Shown: one piece after another, positions 1 to 6,228 of the stretch | Layout of the letters: each line of letters starts with the position of its first letter | Position numbering within the stretch: position 1 is the first letter of the stretch | Origin: Candidatus Iainarchaeum sp. | GTDB lineage: Archaea; Iainarchaeota; Iainarchaeia; Iainarchaeales; CSSED10-239 | Direction of reading: 5' to 3' | NCBI GenBank assembly: GCA_028693335.1 | Contig: JAQUVR010000014.1 | Location: 1-11,207 of the forward strand | Length of the DNA stretch: 11,207 nt | Translations under genes and position numbers: made by a program | Notes under the pieces: generated by a model | Databases searched by the model: none | Told to the model about the DNA's origin: nothing | Seen by the model: only the letters and a program-made list of their open reading frames with translations

Positions 1-3000
1 CTCTATTATCTTTTAATTTCTTTGATTCATTTAAATAATCTGTCCAAGTAATGAATGGATTTGCTTTTAGATCTAATGAAACAGGATTATTTATAGATTC
101 TGTAATAAAATATGAGAAATCATTATTATTAGATTCTGAAACTAAAGCATATAATGGAATTGGATATGTTGGACTATATTTTAATTCTGCAGTAAATCTA
201 CCTTGGTTATCTATTCCTAATAAATTAATTTCTAATAACTTTCTATTAGATTTTATAGATTGTTCTACATCTGATTTGTCAGTAATTTCAGTATAATTAC
301 TTGCTAGTAAATACATAAATCCTTGTGTTTGAGAATCATTTCTATCATACAAATAAATCAAATCATTGCCAGAGCTAGAAACTGGAATTTTAAGATCATT
401 ATCTAAATAATCAACAGTCACTCCATAATTATCTCTGTGAACTTTTTGAGTACTTCCAACAAGACCCATATTTCCATTTATTGGTAAATAATATAAGAAA
501 TTATTTAATGCATATGGTAATTCTTGTACTTGTGTTAAAGTAATGTGTAATTGAGAAGATCTATCAACATAATAATCAGAATTAATAGAAATTTTATACT
601 TACCTGGTTTTGTTGTTTGTTGTTCTCTAGAATCTAATTTTGTAATTTTTAATTTATTATCATTAATATTTTGATCAGAAAATATATTTCTATTTTCTTC
701 ACCAAGTCCATTGATAAAACCAGTACTAAAATCACGATCAAAAACAATAAAGTCTTTTAATAGGTCTTTAGATATTCCATCAGCCATTAAATAAATATAA
801 TAGTTTTCTGTATTGTTTTTTATTTGATCCAATTTAGAAGAATTTTTTATTAAGTTTATTATGCTTATTAACATCTGAGTAGAATCACAATGATTCTTTG
901 TTAGATTATAATCATAATCTGAATCAACACATTCTGTTTCCCAACTATTTACTGGAGATTGTTGACCTGAGGTTCCCCAATAATAAAGGATTCTTGGAGA
1001 ATTTTCTCTACCAACTCTACAATCTATTTTTTGAGAACAATTTGCAATTATAAAAAAGTCATCATTAGCTTGGGTTATTTGATGACCAGACCCTAAACAA
1101 ACATTACTAGTTAATCCATATTTGTTTAATGTTTGTTCTAAATTCTCAGCATAAACTGTAATCGAAATTATAACATCTCTTTGTGGTGTTGGAGTAATAG
1201 ATGTATTATTTATTTTGTAATTAAATAAAAGTTCTCTTTTAATATCCAAAGACAATAAACCAACAACATCATCACCAACAACATCTAAAATCTCTTGATA
1301 TTCTGCACTATAATTTATTAATATTTGATTTGTTTGTTCTGGATTTATTGTTGATAATTCATTTATTACTGTTTTTTCAATATTAAAATTATTAGATAAA
1401 TAATCTGGAGCTGTAGTGTTTTTTTGCAAATCAATACTTTCTAAGTTTAATGAATAGGTGCTAGTTTTATTTTCAACAGCATACAATTTATTAGAAGATT
1501 CACAAGAATTACTATTACAATTTAAAGAAACATTTGGGTGTAGATTTTCTATTTCTAAAACATTTTCTTCTCTATAAAGATTGGTGTTAATTGTAAAACC
1601 ATGTCTTCCAATAGAAACCCCTAAATGATCAGAAATATTAAAATCTATTGAAATGGTTCCTTCTTTTTTATTTGTAAAATTTTCATTACTAAAACCAACA
1701 GTAAAATAAAATGTTCCTGTTTGACCAGGGTTAATTAAACAAATGCTTGAAATTGGGCTAACATGTTCTTGAACATCAGAACCACTTGCAAAATAAAAAG
1801 CATCATCTATTTTTTTATCATTAGAAAAATTTGCTTGATTTCCTTGAGTTGAACAAGATAAAGAATATTCTACATTTATATTTCCAGATATTTGTGTAGA
1901 TTTTAGAATATCAACACCAGAAATATTTATGGCATTATTTGAATTATTCTTTATACTATAACTAAATGATCTTTGATTAGCAACAGTAGTTATTAATTCC
2001 AAAGTTTTTGTATCTTTATTAAATCCATTTAAATGAGGATTAACGCCAACACCTTCAAGATTTGTATCTAAATTTATTCTTAAAATATTAATTATTGTGT
2101 CAGCATTTAAAAAGAAAATAATTGGATTATTTAAATAATTACCAAGATTTACTTGATTTTCAAACTTTCCTAAAACAAAGTTTTTATTTGGTGAGATGTC
2201 TTTATTTAAAAGAGTATTTGCTTTAATTAAAGTTAAATTACTAGATATATCTCTTGGAATAGGATTATTTTGTGCATTAATATCAATATTCATATTTAAA
2301 ATATTCAAATCATTGTTTGTATATCCATCATTTAATATAAACTGAACAGATCTAAGATTTATTTGTCTGGTTGTATCTTTTTTAATAAAATAATCTTTTT
2401 GTTTTGTACTTGTTTCTTTAATGCCATTAACACTAAAAATTGCATTATTGAAATTTAACTTGTTTGTTGATGTTATTTCTGAACCCAAAGAAGATTCTCC
2501 AAGCTTATTATAAACACCAAGTCCAGAATAAACTCTTTTTTTTATTTTATAAATATTATTTTCTAGACCATAACTACTATCAAACAAGAATCTAAAAGTA
2601 ACATTAGAATCAACAAAAGAAAGTGGAACAATTACAGATCTATTATTTAATACTCCTTGTGAATTTGTTGTGCCTAAATCAATACAAGCATTATCAATAT
2701 CAATTAAACAATATTTTATATTAATATTTTGTAATGGCGCACCTAATTTACTTCTCACTAAAAAATTAACATCATTTTCTCCAGTATATATTCTATTTTG
2801 ATTTGTATTGTCACTTGTTATTATATCAATAAAGAAATCACTTTTACTATATGCTCTAACATTTTGTTTTAATGGACTAGGATTTGTAATTTCTAATATG
2901 TTGGTTGTAATTACTGGCACTTGATTACTATTAGTACTAAAGAAATTATCAACAGAAAATGTGCCGTTTAGATCAAACCAATAACCAATTGTTGCGATTT

Positions 3001-6000
3001 TATTATTAATTGTAAATTGAGTATTATTTACTTGTTGATTTACTAAAGATTGATTCTTTTCTAAAAATTTATAATTTAAATATTTTAAATTATTATTTGT
3101 ATATTGAGATGACCAATTAATATTTCCTGTTGCAGATTCTTGTTTTAGATATAAAAATTTGGTGTTATAATTATAATTATCACCAATATACAAGATATAG
3201 CTATTTCCATTTATCTCTGCTTCAACAGAATTACTATCATAAACTTTTCCAATAAAACTATAATTGCTGGAACTAAAAGGAATCTGCTGATAATTAGATC
3301 TGGCATAGAAAAAACCATTAGGCTTTACTGACCAATTTTGCCAATTTGTAAATGTTGGTGAAAATGAATAGTTACTACTATTGTTTGTAAGTGCTCTATA
3401 ATAGTGTTTATAATTATTTACATTTGTAACACCATTTTGGAACTTAAAATTAATAGTAAAAATAATTATATCTGCATCTGCATTAGTAAAATCAATTTTT
3501 ACCCATTTAGATTTATTGCTTGGACAACCATTTAAGCTTATATCTGTTTGATAATTATTATTAAAATGAGCAAAATTCCAATCTAACAACTCACCAGAAA
3601 ATCTACACCCAAATTGTCTTGTTGTTTGTGGGGCAAATACTGATTTTATATATAAAAAATCATCATTTAATAAAAGATTATTGCCTAATCTAATAAACCC
3701 ATATGAAAGATCTCTATCCTGTTTTGGGGATAAAGTTATTTTATATTTTAATTGATATTCTCTATCAATATTATAATTTCCAACAAAATTTAGTTGATCT
3801 ATTTCTATAGAACCACTTTCATCATAAAGACCTAAAAACTCAATATCTGAATATGGGGTTGCTTGTGGTTGTGTTAAAATAACACTTTTATAAACAACAT
3901 CTCCAGGGATCAATCTAATTAATTCTGTTTGATAGGTCGTATAGTTTACAGCACTTACAATTGCATAAATATCTCGATCACTTGAATTAAAGACATATTC
4001 TTTATTTAGATCACCAGTATTTTCTACATCTCTTGTAACATAGTTTGTAATTTGTGATCCAGTACCATCAAAAAAAGAAACACCATAAGTAGATGTATTT
4101 ACTCTTAGATTTAAAACTTTTGATTGATTTTGTAAATTTACTGTTAAATTTATTGTTTCATTTGAATCTAATAATCTTGTTTCAGAACTACCTTGAATAC
4201 TTTCATAAGGTAAAACAGACATTGCATAATACCTTATATTTGATCTAACCCCTCTAAAAGAAACAACTCCTTGAGAATTTGTAATTAATGGATCTGTTGG
4301 GTATGGTGTGTCTTTATCATCTCCAGATCCATAAAATAAATATACTGTTGCACCATCAATATCTATTCCACTATATTTAACATTAACATTAACGTCTCCA
4401 CTGTTTAACCATGATTGGTATTCTAAATAAATAACTTTATTTACATCTAAAGTATTAATAATTTCTGGATTTGGTGGCAAATATCCATATTGCTCAGTAC
4501 CAGAAACTCTTATTTGATAAATATAATCTGTAAGTACATTAAATTCTGTTCTATTAACATCCGTTCTTGTTGCAACCAATGAAAAAGAATTACTGTCATT
4601 TGATTTTTTCCATAAAGATATATTTCCTTTTACTAGTGACATAGTGTTTTGATCTTTTAAAGTTACATCAATATACCCAAGAGTACCTAATTGACATGTG
4701 CCATCAGGATTAATAATAAGATATGGAGTTAACAAATCATAACTACAATTTAGATCTCCTTGGGTTGTACAAAATTCAGCATATATTGGATTACTACAAT
4801 CAATTTCATTTATTTCTTGTATACTAAACAAAGTGTGATTAACTGAAGTTGTATTATTTAAAACAACTTGGTGAGTTTTTGATTTTGGAATAGTAATATA
4901 TCCTGATTTATCAACAGATAATAAATAATTACCAGGCGTTAAATTAAATATTGTTTTACCATAATAATCTGTCGCAAGAGTAGCAACAGCAATAGATGAT
5001 TCATCAATTGTTGTTGTTGGGTCATTTACTTTAAATACCTTTACAACAGCATCTGTTATTGCAGAACCAGTAGCACCAGAAACTGTTACTTCTAGTTTAC
5101 CAGAATTGCTATTTTTTGAGGATAAATTAATTCTATTTCCTTCAGGAACAACCATGTTGTTAATAGTTTCAAAATCTTGAGAATAAATATCTATTCTCAA
5201 ATCTCCACAGTTAGCTGGTTGATTAACATTTATTTTTCCAGTTATAACTACTTGTTGTTTTGGAGATGGGTCTTTGTTTTCTGCTGAACAATATAATCTC
5301 ACATCTAAATTTTTGCCAATTATTAAAACATTATTAGATAAAAACATTATTTCTCTTTCTTGTTCAGGAGATACGATGTTTTTTACTCCAGTTGTATTGA
5401 TATCTAAAACAATTTTTTCAATTATTTGTTTTTTATTAAAAATTATGTGTTTTGTTTTTGTATTATATGCTTCTTTTGTTGCAGTAACAGCAATACTTTG
5501 TTTTTTATTAAACTTATGATCATTAAAATTTACTTCCCCCCAAGCATCTGTTAACTTACTTTCTAATAATTCTTCATCTACTGTTAGTTTTACAGTTGCG
5601 CCAGTTATCGCAGAGCCAGTCACATCAACAACAGACACCACAATATTTCCTTGACTTGATCCTAAGAATAAATTTACTAGTGTTCCTGATGATATTAAAA
5701 AATATATCAAACCAATCAATGCAAATATAAATATTAAAAACAAAATAAAACTTGGAAACTTTTTATCTATTTTATCAACAAGTTTATTGATTGGAATAAC
5801 CTTATCTATTTTATCCATGAGATCATAATATCTATCTTCAAAAAAGAAATATATTTTTTTAAAGAACAAACCAATTTTATTGAATGGATTTTGCTTTGGT
5901 TTTTTGACAACATTCTTTTTTTGATCTTTCTTTAAATTTTGATTTATTTCTTGTAATAACTTTTCAGCTTCTTTTTTTTGTTTATCATTTTCTTTTTGAT

Positions 6001-6202
6001 TAGTTGTTTTTTCTAAAACAGCGTCATCTTTAAAAGAACAATTATCTTTAACTAATTTGTTTATTACTAAGTCAGCAACATCAGAAGAATAACCATCATT
6101 TAGAATTATTTTCTTTAGATCTTCTCTTGTAAAAGATTTTGTTTTTGATTTTAGAACATTATATATTTGTTCTGCTCTTTTTTCTTTTTCTTGGTTATCC
6201 AT
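1..6202 (-). CDS. Giant membrane-anchored surface protein (adhesin-like). The 3' end is cut by the window edge, with 2067 codons visible.
   Basis: The minus-strand ATG at 6202..6200 is preceded by an in-frame TGA (+ 6233..6235 'tca'). Hand translation of the reverse complement gave 2067 consecutive sense codons down to base 2. The frame was re-verified at bases 2..55 (...FITWTDYLNESKKLKDNR) and 2249..2263 (PIPRD). An open frame of this length is not plausible by chance in DNA this AT-rich. It is missing from the supplied track, presumably because no stop lies inside the window. The protein begins MDNQEKEKRAEQIYNVLKSKTKSFTREDLKK. Confidence 0.9.
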   Translation of the reverse strand, partial: MDNQEKEKRAEQIYNVLKSKTKSFTREDLKKIILNDGYSSDVADLVINKLVKDNCSFKDDAVLEKTTNQKENDKQKKEAEKLLQEINQNLKKDQKKNVVKKPKQNPFNKIGLFFKKIYFFFEDRYYDLMDKIDKVIPINKLVDKIDKKFPSFILFLIFIFALIGLIYFLISSGTLVNLFLGSSQGNIVVSVVDVTGSAITGATVKLTVDEELLESKLTDAWGEVNFNDHKFNKKQSIAVTATKEAYNTKTKHIIFNKKQIIEKIVLDINTTGVKNIVSPEQEREIMFLSNNVLIIGKNLDVRLYCSAENKDPSPKQQVVITGKINVNQPANCGDLRIDIYSQDFETINNMVVPEGNRINLSSKNSNSGKLEVTVSGATGSAITDAVVKVFKVNDPTTTIDESSIAVATLATDYYGKTIFNLTPGNYLLSVDKSGYITIPKSKTHQVVLNNTTSVNHTLFSIQEINEIDCSNPIYAEFCTTQGDLNCSYDLLTPYLIINPDGTCQLGTLGYIDVTLKDQNTMSLVKGNISLWKKSNDSNSFSLVATRTDVNRTEFNVLTDYIYQIRVSGTEQYGYLPPNPEIINTLDVNKVIYLEYQSWLNSGDVNVNVKYSGIDIDGATVYLFYGSGDDKDTPYPTDPLITNSQGVVSFRGVRSNIRYYAMSVLPYESIQGSSETRLLDSNETINLTVNLQNQSKVLNLRVNTSTYGVSFFDGTGSQITNYVTRDVENTGDLNKEYVFNSSDRDIYAIVSAVNYTTYQTELIRLIPGDVVYKSVILTQPQATPYSDIEFLGLYDESGSIEIDQLNFVGNYNIDREYQLKYKITLSPKQDRDLSYGFIRLGNNLLLNDDFLYIKSVFAPQTTRQFGCRFSGELLDWNFAHFNNNYQTDISLNGCPSNKSKWVKIDFTNADADIIIFTINFKFQNGVTNVNNYKHYYRALTNNSSNYSFSPTFTNWQNWSVKPNGFFYARSNYQQIPFSSSNYSFIGKVYDSNSVEAEINGNSYILYIGDNYNYNTKFLYLKQESATGNINWSSQYTNNNLKYLNYKFLEKNQSLVNQQVNNTQFTINNKIATIGYWFDLNGTFSVDNFFSTNSNQVPVITTNILEITNPSPLKQNVRAYSKSDFFIDIITSDNTNQNRIYTGENDVNFLVRSKLGAPLQNINIKYCLIDIDNACIDLGTTNSQGVLNNRSVIVPLSFVDSNVTFRFLFDSSYGLENNIYKIKKRVYSGLGVYNKLGESSLGSEITSTNKLNFNNAIFSVNGIKETSTKQKDYFIKKDTTRQINLRSVQFILNDGYTNNDLNILNMNIDINAQNNPIPRDISSNLTLIKANTLLNKDISPNKNFVLGKFENQVNLGNYLNNPIIFFLNADTIINILRINLDTNLEGVGVNPHLNGFNKDTKTLELITTVANQRSFSYSIKNNSNNAINISGVDILKSTQISGNINVEYSLSCSTQGNQANFSNDKKIDDAFYFASGSDVQEHVSPISSICLINPGQTGTFYFTVGFSNENFTNKKEGTISIDFNISDHLGVSIGRHGFTINTNLYREENVLEIENLHPNVSLNCNSNSCESSNKLYAVENKTSTYSLNLESIDLQKNTTAPDYLSNNFNIEKTVINELSTINPEQTNQILINYSAEYQEILDVVGDDVVGLLSLDIKRELLFNYKINNTSITPTPQRDVIISITVYAENLEQTLNKYGLTSNVCLGSGHQITQANDDFFIIANCSQKIDCRVGRENSPRILYYWGTSGQQSPVNSWETECVDSDYDYNLTKNHCDSTQMLISIINLIKNSSKLDQIKNNTENYYIYLMADGISKDLLKDFIVFDRDFSTGFINGLGEENRNIFSDQNINDNKLKITKLDSREQQTTKPGKYKISINSDYYVDRSSQLHITLTQVQELPYALNNFLYYLPINGNMGLVGSTQKVHRDNYGVTVDYLDNDLKIPVSSSGNDLIYLYDRNDSQTQGFMYLLASNYTEITDKSDVEQSIKSNRKLLEINLLGIDNQGRFTAELKYSPTYPIPLYALVSESNNNDFSYFITESINNPVSLDLKANPFITWTDYLNESKKLKDNR
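3869..5650 (-). other. Array of at least five tandem prealbumin-like / CarboxypepD_reg-like beta-sandwich domains in the giant protein (aa ~185-778). A sixth likely copy lies at aa ~1143-1215 (nt ~2558..2776).
   Basis: The family signature G-x-[IV]-x-V-x-[VD]-x-x-G-x-x-[IL]-x-[GD]-A-x-V-x-[LV] ... T[DN]-x-x-G-x-x-x-F ... Y-x-[LI]-x-V-x-x-x-GY recurs. Copy 1: GNIVVSVVDVTGSAITGATVKLTVDEE..TDAWGEVNF..VTATKEAY. Copy 2: GKLEVTVSGATGSAITDAVVKVFKVND..TDYYGKTIFNLTPGNYLLSVDKSGY. Copy 3: GYIDVTLKDQNTMSLVKGNISLW..YQIRVSGTEQYGY. Copy 4: GDVNVNVKYSGIDIDGATVYLFYG..TNSQGVVSFRGV..YYAMSV. Copy 5: LNLRVNTSTYGVSFFDGTGSQI..IYAIVSAVNYTTY. Recognised by eye, not by HMM. Confidence 0.65.
5687..5758 (-). other. Single transmembrane anchor of the giant protein (aa ~149-172, FPSFILFLIFIFALIGLIYFLISS), predicted N-in/C-out
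   Basis: This is an uninterrupted hydrophobic stretch of about 24 residues. It is preceded by a strongly Lys-rich segment (DKIDKKF) and followed by uncharged SSGTLVNLFLGSSQGN. The positive-inside rule therefore places the first ~148 aa in the cytoplasm. Confidence 0.75.
5763..5815 (-). repeat. Perfect 14-nt direct repeat (+ strand ttatctattttatc at 5763..5776 and 5802..5815), spaced 39 nt in frame. Each copy encodes DKIDK, immediately N-terminal to the TM anchor.
   Basis: Both copies were read directly from the sequence. The protein context is MDKIDKVIPINKLVDKIDKKFPSF. Confidence 0.85.
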
Positions 6203-6228
6203 AATCAATCTATTTTTGTAATAATTTT

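Noticed and set aside
5274-5519. A + strand ORF of 81 aa. The + ORF at 51..296 is a similar case.
   Set aside because: Both lie entirely inside, and antisense to, the 2067-codon minus-strand ORF. Their products are low-complexity hydrophobic sequence typical of antisense frames in AT-rich coding DNA.
1-6202. The idea that the ORF-poor left half reflects an alternative genetic code (TGA as Trp or Gly, or TAG recoding, as in Mollicutes, Gracilibacteria/SR1 or recoded phages)
   Set aside because: Under the standard code the minus strand is already open for 2067 codons. All Trp residues are TGG, Gly in the Gly-rich repeats is always GGN, no in-frame TGA or TAG occurs in any of the five genes, and all four stops are TAA. 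The gap in the track comes from the ORF running off the window edge.
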